A stretch of DNA of 64,000 nucleotides from Nemertoderma westbladi (taxonomy: Eukaryota; Animalia; Xenacoelomorpha). The stretch lies in assembly GCA_032718475.1 (NCBI GenBank), contig JAUCBJ010000754.1, positions 6,849 to 70,848 on the forward strand, read 5' to 3'. Within the stretch, counting starts at the first letter, position 1. Each line of letters begins with the position of its first letter. This document shows positions 11,704 through 23,500 of the stretch, piece after piece. The translations under genes were made by a program, and so were the position numbers. The notes beneath the pieces are model-generated. The model was given only the letters and a program-made list of their open reading frames with translations. It was not told the origin of the DNA and did not search any database.

Positions 11704-14700
11704 ATGAGTGTCTCAGACAAAGAGGCACTAGAGGACAGCTATGAGACGGCGGCTGGACCGCCGACTGACGATAGCGTAAATATTACTGTTGACGACAATG
11801 CCGACTATGACGACGCAGCGAGCGACGCTGACGTAAGTGAACAGGAGGACGAGACAGTGACTAGTGAGGAAGAACAACAACCTCAAGTAATAGTATTAGG
11901 ATCCCCTACCGCTACTGTAAGGAAGGACTGGACAGCAGCCCGGACAGAGGTGAGTGATAGGGAGGGTAGTGTAGCAGAAGCGAGAGCCCGGAGCCCGGTT
12001 TCCAGACCTGTGGGTATGGTAAGTGCCGTGGTCCCAGCGGCTGTTAGAAGTACCCGTAGTTCCCGAAATAATCCTTCAAGTCCATCAAGTGTGAGTCAGG
12101 TAAGCGAGAGAGAACTAGACATCGCGATAAAAAAGAAACTTCGCGCGCACGCCGGACATATAACTCGGACGACGGACAAGGTAAGGAAGATGTTAGCAGA
12201 CTCAGCGAACATCGAAAGGGAAGGGTTAGTAGAGATTAGAAGAGGATATAACTCAGCGTTATTCAAGCAGACGGAGGAGCTTGCAGTCCTAGCGAAGAAG
12301 GCAGTAGAGTCTCAGTCGAGCGACGTGGCGACGAGGATTTACGACAGGGTTTTAGCAGCCTTGTTGGAGCACCGCGAGTTATCGGAGCGATTCCGACGAG
12401 TTAGGACGGAGAACTGGCTGCTATGGGCATCACAAGCGCAGGCGACTCAGGTGAGTGATGCAGAGTTGAGAGACTTAGTAGAGCGGGAAGAGATCCAAGA
12501 TAAAGAAGAGCGCCGTTATCAGAGGGAAGTTACTAGCTGGCTGATGCAGAACGGAGTGGTGGTACCGGGCCAGGTGCTACCGACGACGGAGAACATTCAA
12601 CAGAGGACGTTGACTCCACCCGACGACGCATCTAGAGACAGTGGCGATTCCCAGGTTAGTCACGCGCGAGGGAAGGTTATATGTGCTAGATCCCTTGTTT
12701 CTCACAACTCGGCGGAGGAGAGAAGACGCCGACTAGACGAACAGCAGGCGGAAGTTTTGCGTGCATCGGAAGCACGGAAGGAAGCTGAGCGGGAAAGGGA
12801 GCGCGCACGTAAGTTAGACGCAAAGTTGCGGGAGTTGGAAGACAAAGGTAAGCGTGAGCAAGCGGAACGTGAACGAAAACAACTGAACTCCAACTTGAAC
12901 ACGAACAGAAAGAACGCGAACTCCAACTTGAACGCGAACGGGAAGCGAAGAAACGCGAACTCCAACTCGAACGCAAACAGGAAGCGAAGAAACGCGAACT
13001 CCAACTCGAACGCGAACAGAAAGAACGCGAACTCGAACTTGAACGCGAACGTAAGGAACGCGAACTCGAGATCGAGAAGGAGCGACAGATGTTGTATGAA
13101 GAAAAGGCGCGACTGGAAGAAGAGAGCATAGCGAGACGAGCGAGGGAAGAAGAAGAGCGTAAACTGGCGCAGTTGGAAAGTGCGAGATTAAGTTTAGAGA
13201 GCGAAGAACGGACTAGGAAGGCGAACGAAATCGCCGAGAAGGGGATGAGAATGATTGAAGAATGTGGGGCGAGTGTAGGGACCGAGTTGCGAGAACTGTT
13301 CGCACTGCAGAAGGCCGAAAAGGAAGCAAGAACTCCGACCATACGCGAGTCGACGACGACCAGAATTCCTATACCCGGTCTAGCTATTACGAGTACACGG
13401 ATCGCTAAACCATTCTCTACATATCGCACGCCAGTTTGTATTAGTGCTTCACCCATCGCCCAGAATCCACGGCATCAGAACACCGCACCACTATACACCG
13501 AACGCGACAACGAAGAATTTAGAGAAGAAACTCTGACGGGCCGAGTATTGGGCGAACCGAACCCGCGGGTTTGGAATACGCGGACGGAACACCGACCCAG
13601 TTCGACGGAGAACTTCCGGGTTAAACCGGAAGAGGGATCATATGAGAGACAGCGGATTACTCAGATAGAGCCGACTATACAACAGACCCTAGCCAGGAAT
13701 TTATTACGAGGGATGAGTTAAGTGCTAGTTTAGCGCAAGCTATATCGCCGCACATCCAACCTATAACGGACATGCTTAGCAACCTACGGTTAAAGGAAGC
13801 AGCCCAGGTAAGAAGTAATTCTAATCCTAGCAGGCCTGAGTTAGACAAAGTCCAACCTAGTCAACAAGTACGTATATCGGAGGAAACTATACCACATAGA
13901 CCTCAGGTAAGGACGCCTGTCCCGAATATTCATAATCCCAATTTCGAAAACTCAGCCGAGAAATTTATTCAGGAGGCTTGGGTCAGGGCCTCAGCACGCA
14001 AACCAACACGAGCGCTAAGGACTGACACCGAGTCAAGCGATGAAGAGGAAGACATGAGGCGTCAGAAGTCCCGAAACTATAAGGAAAGAAGGACGGATGC
14101 GGAGCAGGTAAGTCTCAACCACCGGGAAAGGACCAGACTTAACAACCCTGCGGAACTAAACCATTTGTTAACCCGGAACGACGCAACCCTTAGGGACATA
14201 GGTAAGTTTGCTGCTAGGCAAGGACTGCCGACGCAACAACCCCAGAAGTTTATGGGTAACCATAAGCATTGGAGAACGTTTAAAACCTATGTCGACGGGC
14301 AGCTAACCAACAGCACCTTTACTCCCAACGAGAAGTTCAACTATTTGCTTCAGATGCTCCATCGAGAACCTAGAGCCATTGCTGATAACTTCGTCGGCAA
14401 TGAAAGAGCATTCGAGTTAGCAATGAAGATGCTTAGTGACATCTACGGGAATAAAACCAAGATGGCGCAGTCGATAGTAGAAGACTTGGGTAAGGGCGGA
14501 AGGATTACAACTCCGTTAGAGCTGTTGAACTTAGCGAACGCTATTTCGAACGCATTGGACATCTTGAGGACGGTGAATCTACCTCATCATGGTGATCACG
14601 CCGAAGTTTTGAAGAGCGTAATAAGACGTCTAAACATGCGTTACAGACAGAAATGGCGCAAATTAGAGAATAAGTTAGAGGACCAAGGTAAAGTATTGAC

Positions 14701-15778
14701 ACTTCAGCATATTCATGACATGATAGCCACAGACGCAGTAGCAGAAATGAAATCAAACTTCTCGGAGGAGAATATGAGAGAGTCTAAACCTGTTACCGGT
14801 AAGTCTATGGTAAGTTTTGATGATGACAGGACCACTGTGACATTTAACTCAGTAGACAGATATAATTCGAGTACCCCAGCCTTTAGATCAGACTCGCGAG
14901 TATGGTCAGGTGAGCGGTTAGATAGACCTAGGTTAAAGCAACAGGAGTTGCCGGATGGATTTGTAGGTTGCCAATACTGTTTACTAAAGGAGGTAAGATC
15001 TGACGACCATAAGTTAGATAGTTGCAGACGGTTCAAAAAATTAAATTCGGAACAGAGAAGAGTTCAAGTGCGGACGTTGGACACCTGTTGGGCATGTCTT
15101 GCGCCAGGTCATGTACGGCGGCAGTGCCCGAACAGCAAGGACGGATGCATGGAATGCGGCAGACTACATCACAAGTTGCTACATGCGGATTTCCATACCC
15201 CAACGGACCGTTACTTACAGCGAAATCCTCACAGGAAGGGGAGCAAAGAACCCGTATCGATAAGAAGGAATACGTACACTGGCATCCAGGACGATGGTTA
15301 CCAACCAGGTTCGTCGGATGAGGATGGCGAGTCGAGCGCGAGAGAAGTGACCTGCCAAGGTTTCACCGCGGATAGTTCATCGACCAGCGTGCGGACGTAT
15401 TTATCATCGGCCACGTCGGAAATATTTAGCGTGATTCCGGTGAAACTCACTGGAGATAAGGGATCGAAGCGAATATATGTGATGTTGGACACTGCGTCCA
15501 CATTATCTTATATCGACGAGGAAGTGGCGAGAGCCGTTTCCAGCTTCCAGGACGCAGAGGAGATCCAAATAGAGTTGAAGTCTATGCACGGGGTAGGAGA
15601 CCTCAAGGGACACAGGATATCTGTAGAACTAGACTCCCTACTTCCGAGAGACCAACACACTCGACAAGAACGGAAAGCTTTGCCATTGAACGGATTCAAG
15701 TGTCTAGCTATGAAGGGATTCGGCAGGCAGTTAGGTAAGGTGCCGCCGATGAGTTCCCATAGCACAGGAGTATTTTGA
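11704..15778 (+). pseudogene. gag: BEL/Pao gag plus aspartic protease, frameshifted (ORFs 11704-13131, 13089-13721, 13772-15778)
   Basis: Coiled-coil N-terminus; DUF1759-like capsid region (FMGNHKHWRTFK..EKFNYLLQML); BEL/Pao triple Cys/His motif (CQYC..H..C, CWACLAPGHVRRQC, CMECGRLHHKLLH); protease site MLDTASTLSYI. Frameshifts near 12884, 13710 and 15755. Confidence 0.9.
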
Positions 15779-15824
15779 CAAGCTCAGGATACCCAGACAC
15801 CAGGTAGGTTATAGGAATGTTTCT

Positions 15825-18800
15825 ATGTTGATTGGTGCAGAACAGCTGATCGCACACCAAATATGGGAAACGAGACCAGCTGAGCCGCATGTCAATGGAC
15901 CGCATGCCCATAGGACTATATTAGGTTGGTATACAAGAGTACCCATGTCTTATGAGTTTACAGGTGGCGACAAGCCAATGGACAGATACGACGAATTACA
16001 GCCTATAACTCAACCACCGTTAGTAGAACCACCAGACATAGACGAGTTTAGGAGAACCTGTATTGACCACTATAGTGACTTTAGCGAGTCGGACGAGGAG
16101 TTGATTCCCGATAATGTTAGGTTGTCGGAACCACTTCACAATGACCGGACAGATAGTGAACCCGAGGACTACTGTTATCAGACCCGTGGGTCTGGTTCAG
16201 CGGCCCACGCTACCTATTTGAGTAACGTTTTGACTTATACCGACATAGTGGAGGGTCAAGTGGCTAAATATCGAGACCTCGACATTTTCCAATACAGTGA
16301 GGAGGAATTACAGAAGGAATTGATACGCCAGGACCTCGAGACAGGAGCCAGAACCGTCGAATGGCTGGATAGGGACGCAATGGAACCCGGTGGATATGAC
16401 TTAGCCATGTCCACTGATGAGAAACGGTCGCTGGAGATGATGGAAGACACCATACGTCTACTACCGACTGGACATTTTGAAGTTGGAATGTTGTGGCGTC
16501 GACAACCTCCTAAGTTGGAGAACAACTACAACTTAGCCTTGAAAAGATTGAACGGAGTAAGGGCTCGGTTGTTGAAGAATCCGGACATTAGGGAGAAGTA
16601 TTGCGCCCAGATCAACAACTATTTCGCCAAGGGATTTGCTGGGAAGGTAGAGGACCCTGACTTAGTGACAGACCAGACTTATTACCTTCCACACCACTAT
16701 GTGACTCACCCTGACAAACCTGACAAAGTCCGAGTAGTCAACGACTGCGCAGCAGTCTATAGAGGTATGTCCCTGAATTCAGAGTTGATGGATGGTCCCA
16801 ACCTGAATAATTATTTGATTGGAATACTGTTACGTTTTAGACAGCGGCGATTCGCATTTACTTGTGACATCGAGGCGATGTTCCACCAGGTAAGAGCCTG
16901 TAAGGCAGACCAGGATAGCCTTCGCTTTCTCTGGTATGAGAATGAAGACTTATCCGGCCCAGTGGTTATATACCAGATGTACGTTAGGATATTTGGCGCC
17001 CGCGATAGTCCAAATGGCACGCTGTTTGTTTTAATGAAAACGGCAACAGCCCAGATTGGTAAGTATCCAGTAGAGGTGATCGAGTCCATCTTGAGAAACT
17101 TCTACATGGACGACGGATTGGTGTCCAAGGACACGGCGGAACAAGCCATAGAAGTGGCTCATGGCCTACAAGAGTGCTTGGCTACAGGGGGATTTCCTCT
17201 GACCAAGTTCACTACTAATTCGGAGGCCCTATTAGAGTCATTCCCGGTGAAAGATCGCGGGAGCGGAGACATTGAATTGGGGGTAGAACCAATCCCCATG
17301 GCGCGAGTACTGGGATTCGCTTGGAATCCGAACACTGACAAGTTCCAGGTAAGAGTTAGGTTTGAGCCCAGTAGCCCAGACAAAGTTTTGACAAAGAGAA
17401 TTTGCTTATCGACATTAAGTAGACTATTTGACCCGATGAACTTTATCAGTCCGGTAATATTACAGGCACGAGCGTGCATGAGGAAAATTTGGTTGTCCGA
17501 CATAGAGTGGGACGAACCAATATCTCCTATACATGCAAAGCAGTGGAGGGAGTGGGAAGCCGAGTTACATCTATTGAAAAACATAGATGTACCCCGTTCC
17601 TACTTTCCGAATCAGCTGGTATTTCCAGCTGATCTCGAACTCCACTTATTTAGTGACGCAAGTGACACCGGCTTTGGTATGGTAGCCTACCTTCGCCGAG
17701 AGGTAAGTCAGGACAAGTTTGAGACGGCTTTTGTGACTTCTAGATCAAAGACAATGCCGGTCAAATACATGACTGTCCCTCGTGCAGAGTTACAGGCGGC
17801 TGTAGTTTCAGTCGAGGTAAGTAAGCAGATAACTGAGGAGTTAGATACGACATTGACCTTATTCTATTGGACGGACGCATCCTTGGTGTTAGTATACATT
17901 GCGGCCGACAATATTGCACTAAAGACATTTGTGGCCAATAGACGCGCTCAGATCGTCGACTTTTCGACGAAGGAACAATGGAGACATTGTCCGGGAGTGT
18001 TAAACCCGGCCGACATAACTTCGAGAGGTGCAATGCCGGCGGAATTCTGTCAGGAAGAGTCGCAGGAGTTTTGGTTGCATGGACCTGATTTTCTAACGAG
18101 GACACAGGAATATTGGCCAGAGCGACTAAAGATAGTGACCAATCCGATGCCTGAAGATGCAGAAGTCAAGGTGGAGAAAGTCTCTAAGTCGAAGTCTAAA
18201 GCCAAACTTAAGTCATTGGAGCAGCCTGAAGAGTCATTGGAGCGGCCTGAAGAGTCATTGGAGCGGCCCGGAGACCTGTCAGACCAACAGACTTACGTAA
18301 CTACTAGGTCCGGAAGGGTAAGTTATGACGTAAAACCACCCTTACAGACTAAACCAGAGTCACAGTTGGTAAGTGACGGACAGAAAATGACCGACACAAT
18401 GGATCCTTTGGTTTCCAAACCTGCGGGTTTGGATTCGAAACTTCCATTAGTTAGCGGACAACCGTCGCTGGCATTAGAGCCATGTAGTATTTATGACAAA
18501 TTACTAAATTCGTCTGCCTCTTGGCTGACAATTTGTAAAAGAACTGCGTGGTTAAGCCGATACATTTCGTACCTTTGTTTAAAACATTCGGAACATTTGA
18601 GAGAACCATCGAGCACCAATAGTGAGCGAATTCAGAAATTGAAACAACCTCTGACAGAGGATGAGATTGATCAAGCGGAATTAAAGCATTTGAAGCACTA
18701 TCAAATGTGTGCCTTCCCCAAAGAATTCCATCTATTATCGGCTCAACGACCAGTTCTCTATAAACCCCTTAGAAAATGGAGTCCATTAATCCATAAGGGT

Positions 18801-18971
18801 TTAATTTGTCATAGATCGAGAATCCAGACTGTCGACATAAACTCACAGTTTAGGTTCCCAGTGATAATCCCTAGTCATCCAATAGAATTGCAAAGAGCGA
18901 TTTTATGGGATATACACAAGAGGTTGCATCACGCGGGAAGGTTACACTGTTTGTCGACAGCGAGACAGTGA
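15825..18971 (+). CDS. pol: BEL/Pao pol: reverse transcriptase, RNase H and integrase N-terminus (ends at a premature TGA)
   Basis: YYLPHH, VRVVNDCAA, SLNSELMDGPNL, DIEAMFHQV, NFYMDD (RT); LHLFSDAS, VPRAELQAA, WTDAS, NPADITSRG (Pao RNase H); HKRLHHAG (integrase HH). Confidence 0.95.
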   Translation: MLIGAEQLIAHQIWETRPAEPHVNGPHAHRTILGWYTRVPMSYEFTGGDKPMDRYDELQPITQPPLVEPPDIDEFRRTCIDHYSDFSESDEELIPDNVRLSEPLHNDRTDSEPEDYCYQTRGSGSAAHATYLSNVLTYTDIVEGQVAKYRDLDIFQYSEEELQKELIRQDLETGARTVEWLDRDAMEPGGYDLAMSTDEKRSLEMMEDTIRLLPTGHFEVGMLWRRQPPKLENNYNLALKRLNGVRARLLKNPDIREKYCAQINNYFAKGFAGKVEDPDLVTDQTYYLPHHYVTHPDKPDKVRVVNDCAAVYRGMSLNSELMDGPNLNNYLIGILLRFRQRRFAFTCDIEAMFHQVRACKADQDSLRFLWYENEDLSGPVVIYQMYVRIFGARDSPNGTLFVLMKTATAQIGKYPVEVIESILRNFYMDDGLVSKDTAEQAIEVAHGLQECLATGGFPLTKFTTNSEALLESFPVKDRGSGDIELGVEPIPMARVLGFAWNPNTDKFQVRVRFEPSSPDKVLTKRICLSTLSRLFDPMNFISPVILQARACMRKIWLSDIEWDEPISPIHAKQWREWEAELHLLKNIDVPRSYFPNQLVFPADLELHLFSDASDTGFGMVAYLRREVSQDKFETAFVTSRSKTMPVKYMTVPRAELQAAVVSVEVSKQITEELDTTLTLFYWTDASLVLVYIAADNIALKTFVANRRAQIVDFSTKEQWRHCPGVLNPADITSRGAMPAEFCQEESQEFWLHGPDFLTRTQEYWPERLKIVTNPMPEDAEVKVEKVSKSKSKAKLKSLEQPEESLERPEESLERPGDLSDQQTYVTTRSGRVSYDVKPPLQTKPESQLVSDGQKMTDTMDPLVSKPAGLDSKLPLVSGQPSLALEPCSIYDKLLNSSASWLTICKRTAWLSRYISYLCLKHSEHLREPSSTNSERIQKLKQPLTEDEIDQAELKHLKHYQMCAFPKEFHLLSAQRPVLYKPLRKWSPLIHKGLICHRSRIQTVDINSQFRFPVIIPSHPIELQRAILWDIHKRLHHAGRLHCLSTARQ

Positions 18972-19373
18972 TTCATTCTATTGCAGCCAAGCAGGGCAGT
19001 AGGCACTATGTATGACGCCTGTCTGGTTTGCAAGAGAGTGAACGCCAGAGTATTGGAACAGGAAATGGCTGAACTCCCGGAAGCGAGAGTGCAGGCATAT
19101 GACCCACCCTTTACGAACACAGGGGTGGACTGTTTTGGTCCGATTGAAGCAAAGAGTGGACGGCTGACCCACAAGCGATGGGGTCTGCTACTGACATGCA
19201 TGGCTAGTAGAGCCATACACATTGAGCGTGTGGCAGACATGTCGACCAAATCTCTGCTCCTGGCCTTAAAGAGATTTATGGCCAGGAGAGGACTAGTAAA
19301 GGCGTTTTACTCTGACAAGGGTACAAACTTTGTCGGAGGGAATAGCGAGTTGAACGCGGCTCATAAAGTTTGA
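18972..19373 (+). pseudogene. Integrase core fragment, C-terminally truncated
   Basis: Same frame as pol after the stop: CLVC (CC of HHCC), PFTNTGVDCFGP (first D), SDKGTNFVG (second D). Similarity stops at about 19360, before the catalytic E. Confidence 0.9.
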
Positions 19374-19578
19374 AAGTCAGGAATGTTTGACTAGCAAGTG
19401 CATTCAAATTCGCGCAGCCGATGGTGTGACTCATGTGTTTATGCGCGTGAGGGCGGATCGAGAGAGACCGGAGCCCATCATAACGACACAATATCGGAGG
19501 GGGAAGGATCCTAGGGAGCAGATTTTGGAGGTATGCAGGCGAGGAGGTATGCACTGAGCGGAGCGTATCGACGCCAGG

Positions 19579-21612
19579 ATGCTACCCAAGAAGGTTAGAG
19601 AGGCTATTCTCAACCAAGATTACGTCAAGGTGGGATCAGGAGTCCAGAGCGATTTGGAGAGTGATTTCAACGCCATGACTGATTTGGAAGATAGATTGCC
19701 GAGACCGTTTGTCGACACCAAGCTATTGTTGCTATGGGCACAGGATATTGGAATTTATAGAGAGTATCCCAACTCTGCCAAGACTGGTATGGGCTTTATA
19801 GCACATTTGTTGTATAATTGGGACTTTAAGTTAAAGACGCAGAAGAAATACGAGGAGGCGTATGGCGAATACAACACGCCACCGGGAGCGGAGTTCAAAT
19901 CCCACTTCAAGCGGCAAGCGTTAGTGTATTGGAACATTTGCGCGCCACCCCGTGCGTCGCTACAATATTATTTGGTGCTTGAGTCGAACACGGTGATTTG
20001 TTTATTAGCGGATATCGTTGCGCGAGTTTTGAAGCGTCATCCATTGGTATTCGGAGGAGATCAATACGTTCGCTCGAAAGGGGGAATCCAATCCGACGTG
20101 ATGAAGCGTTTCTTAACCCCGTTCTTTAACCAATCGTTGGAGAATACGTCGATGGTTAAGAGAGGATTAGCGATATTCGAAGGAGTATATCGACAGAACA
20201 TCGGAGATTTGGGAGACCGACCGTCGATGGAATATCCGACGCCAGAGGCCTTGGAGAAGTGGTTCGGGAATCAAACCCGCGGGTTTGGTACTCCCTTCCA
20301 CTCGGAGGCTGATAGACCCGTTAAGGAGGGTTGGCCGGAGACGTTAGTAGAGGTGTTCGGAGTAGATCTTCCGGTGGAGAAGACATATCCGAAACGAACG
20401 CGGGAGGAAATATTGGAGATAGAGGACAAGGGCGAGGATGTTTACTTTGTTCCGGATCGACAACCGCTGACCGGAGAGGACGACATCGTATTAGACATTG
20501 GGAAAGAAGGAAGTGCGAAACCGATTGGAGACCTCATATACGAGAGGGCCTGGTTTCCACAAGCGCGTAGGTGCAAGTTGTGCGGCAGCACAAGGCACAA
20601 TCAAAAATCGTTCGATGCGGTAGTAGAGGCGGCGCATAAGGTCTGCCGTTGGTGTAATGAGACCGACCATTCGTTTCACATGTGCACCGTCTTCATTTCT
20701 CAATGCAGATACTGTGGGGTAAAGGGACATCGCAGCGCGAGATGTCAGCTGCGAGACGATTCCTTCCAAAACCACAGCGCTAACCTACTTCGGGAGATGC
20801 TAGATAAGTGGGAGGGTGTGGCCGACTACCACATCCAAGCGCAGATGCGTTGGTTACCATTTAAGGCGGGATACGGGTTTTGGGCAGTAGACCCATCTCA
20901 CGTTGCGTATGAGCCGTATCTACAGTCTTTGCCACAATATCAGGAGCTCATCTTGACTGCTCAAGACCTTCCACAGAACACTGGAGTAATTGTTGTTCGG
21001 GAATACTTTAGACAACTAAATATGGATAACAAGTACACTTGGAACTTCGTTGCCATTTGCGTTCGAATCACGAAGGGTGTATTTTCGGAAACTAGAAAGG
21101 TGGTACGCGCGCGAGGGGATTGGAGGATGGCGGCTATACAATACCGCAACGATTTCTTGTTGACTCATGTACCAGTGGGGTCATTGACCGCTGAGAGGAT
21201 ACAGGAGCAGAGAATCGCAGCGACCACAGCGACAACCGCTGGAGCTCAAGGCTCGCGGAAAGAACCAGGAGGAGAGGTCCAAGACAAGCGTCAAGTCAAG
21301 GACGACCACTACCATTCGATAATAGAGGCACAGCGATTGCAGTGCAAGGCGCAGGGGGCGTCGGAAAAGGCGCGCGTGCAATTGCAGAAAGAAGAGTTGG
21401 CGGAAGCGACCGCAGGAGCACGACAATCGGGACGAGGCCGAGGTAGAAGTACCAGCCGGGATTCTGTCGGGGCTCAGGGAATATCGTCGCCGGTTCCGGG
21501 GAGTGACGCCTCACGGACGCCGTCAACAGAATCTACTAGAGGACGCTTAGTGTATCTGGGAAGAGGGCGAAAGAGAGGAGCGAGCCCAAAGAACCCAGGA
21601 GCGGGTCAGTAA
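19579..21612 (+). CDS. Extra retrotransposon ORF3 (677 aa) with tandem CCHC-like zinc knuckles; function unknown
   Basis: Long non-repetitive ORF between integrase and the 3' LTR; CKLCGSTRH, CRWCNETDHSFHMC, CRYCGVKGHRSARC; basic RG/S-rich tail. Confidence 0.8.
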   Translation: MLPKKVREAILNQDYVKVGSGVQSDLESDFNAMTDLEDRLPRPFVDTKLLLLWAQDIGIYREYPNSAKTGMGFIAHLLYNWDFKLKTQKKYEEAYGEYNTPPGAEFKSHFKRQALVYWNICAPPRASLQYYLVLESNTVICLLADIVARVLKRHPLVFGGDQYVRSKGGIQSDVMKRFLTPFFNQSLENTSMVKRGLAIFEGVYRQNIGDLGDRPSMEYPTPEALEKWFGNQTRGFGTPFHSEADRPVKEGWPETLVEVFGVDLPVEKTYPKRTREEILEIEDKGEDVYFVPDRQPLTGEDDIVLDIGKEGSAKPIGDLIYERAWFPQARRCKLCGSTRHNQKSFDAVVEAAHKVCRWCNETDHSFHMCTVFISQCRYCGVKGHRSARCQLRDDSFQNHSANLLREMLDKWEGVADYHIQAQMRWLPFKAGYGFWAVDPSHVAYEPYLQSLPQYQELILTAQDLPQNTGVIVVREYFRQLNMDNKYTWNFVAICVRITKGVFSETRKVVRARGDWRMAAIQYRNDFLLTHVPVGSLTAERIQEQRIAATTATTAGAQGSRKEPGGEVQDKRQVKDDHYHSIIEAQRLQCKAQGASEKARVQLQKEELAEATAGARQSGRGRGRSTSRDSVGAQGISSPVPGSDASRTPSTESTRGRLVYLGRGRKRGASPKNPGAGQ

Positions 21613-22069
21613 TACATTATAGCACAGGGCGACAGACTCTAGATATATACATCATCGTCGCTCTGATGTATATTGTAGCATTTAGAAATATTCGACTAGA
21701 CTCATATACACTAGTTGCGTTGTTTTGAATTTATATTGTGAGAGAGGCGAAGGAGGTGATTGGGGAGACAAACCTGCGGGTTTGGCTTACTCCTTTCACT
21801 TACCCTAGCAAAATTATTTTATATTTGATCTTGTATGTAGTAATCATTATGTAGTACGAACGAGAAACAATAATTTTGTAAATTTAATTTGTATGTAATA
21901 ATCGTTAAACAGTGAGAGAGATAATATTTTGTAAATTTAATTTGTATGCAATTCCATTATGCAATATCTATGGCAATATTTGTAAATAGTAGAATTATTG
22001 TGTTATTTAGATTATTTGAAAGAAATTTATTTTGTTTGTATACATCACCTTATACTCTTCTACAGTTGG

Positions 22070-22101
22070 AGGGAAACATTGTATGATTTCCCTTGGAGCG
22101 G
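22070..22101 (+). other. Hairpin plus short purine tract (PPT-like) before the 3' LTR
   Basis: AGGGAAA..TTTCCCT stem followed by GGAGCGG directly before the TGT of the LTR. Confidence 0.5.
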
Positions 22102-23500
22102 TGTTACAGTATATGGCGCTGTATCCACATTATTAGCCATTATACAGTACAATATATTAGTCCATTATACAGTACGCAATATTAGTCCGTTATGCAGTAT
22201 AATATTATAGATAAGGTATAATAGCGCAATGACATTTAGATAAGGAAATTGAAACGCCCATATATTTGAATTCATCCATTTTGTATAGTATGTAGCCCTA
22301 CCTATGTAATTTTGTATTAGGATATAAGTAGATAGTTCCAGGGTAGCAAGTTCAGTTGGACCCTGGATTTTGGGCTTGCTGTTATTAGTCTTGATGGGCT
22401 AGCTATCGCGTGTCGTAATTTCCTATAATTGCGCTAAATTAATGTTTGTGCATCATGTTATTAGTACCGCTAAATTAAGCACCGGCAAAATTACCTTATA
22501 TGGTGACGTTTTGAGGGTTTGAGAAGCAATAGGGCTACAATCCGGCTTTCTTATTGGACTAACGGCTTCCAGGTTGGTCTAATGATAAGCGCGGATTGAA
22601 GAGCCAATGAGTGAGCGATTGCATCACCCTTCTCGGATCACATATAAATTGGCGGTTTGCCGGTAGAGCTGTACTACAACAACAACGACAATACCCCAAT
22701 AACCTTACCCACTCACTCAGACATATTTAGTACCATTAAGTTAGAAGTATATTTTGCGTATTTTCTGCAATTTTCTACCTTTTGATTAATTTTCTTGGAA
22801 TGATTCGTTAGTGCTATTATTCTCAATTGCGTTTCTCAATCAATCCTATCGATTACTGCTAATTACAACCGGAACTATGATTTCTACCCCTTTTGTAAAT
22901 GGTTCTATGTGATTCATTTCTACGCAATAATCCTAAGGGATTTTCTGGGACTATCAGACTTTGTGATTTGCATGCGCCGCTACGGTAGCTATTCAATAAA
23001 TGGAGAGCTAAGGTGCCGGTAGGCGGTGGGCGCATCGGGGGGTTGGGCGACTAAGGGAGAGCGGAGGATTCAAAAGCGGGCAACGCTGGCGGGGGGTCAC
23101 CGTTGCGGTCGGGCGTTTCGCACTGTAGCATGCAGACCATTCGCCGGTACAGTAATTAGGGGGCTGATGATCCAGGTTTTGTCTCTATTTAGTATTAGGG
23201 GGGCAAGAATCGGGTTAGTTAGGAAGCCTAGATGTACCCGGGAGAGGCCTGCACGTATTGCAGTGTGAAGTGTGGAGTACGAAGAGTGAATCGCACAACT
23301 GTGGGCTACACGGTAGTTAACTGCATAATTGCGAGCTGTGATTGCTGGCGCTGATTGGTGTGTTACTGAAGTGTGCCTATGATTACGAATGCTTAGGTAG
23401 GCGCCCCTTTCTCTTTGATTGATTTCTATTTCTTAGTTACAACAAATAATTACTGATTAGGTCAAAGTAATACAGTATTTTAGACTGTTACTAGCGAAAC

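Noticed and set aside
12870-15780. Programmed ribosomal frameshifts in gag-pol
   Set aside because: BEL/Pao usually encode one ORF; three shifts plus a stop, with no clear slippery heptamer, fit decay better.
19579-21612. ORF3 as an envelope gene
   Set aside because: No evident signal peptide or C-terminal transmembrane helix; it has zinc knuckles and a basic tail instead.
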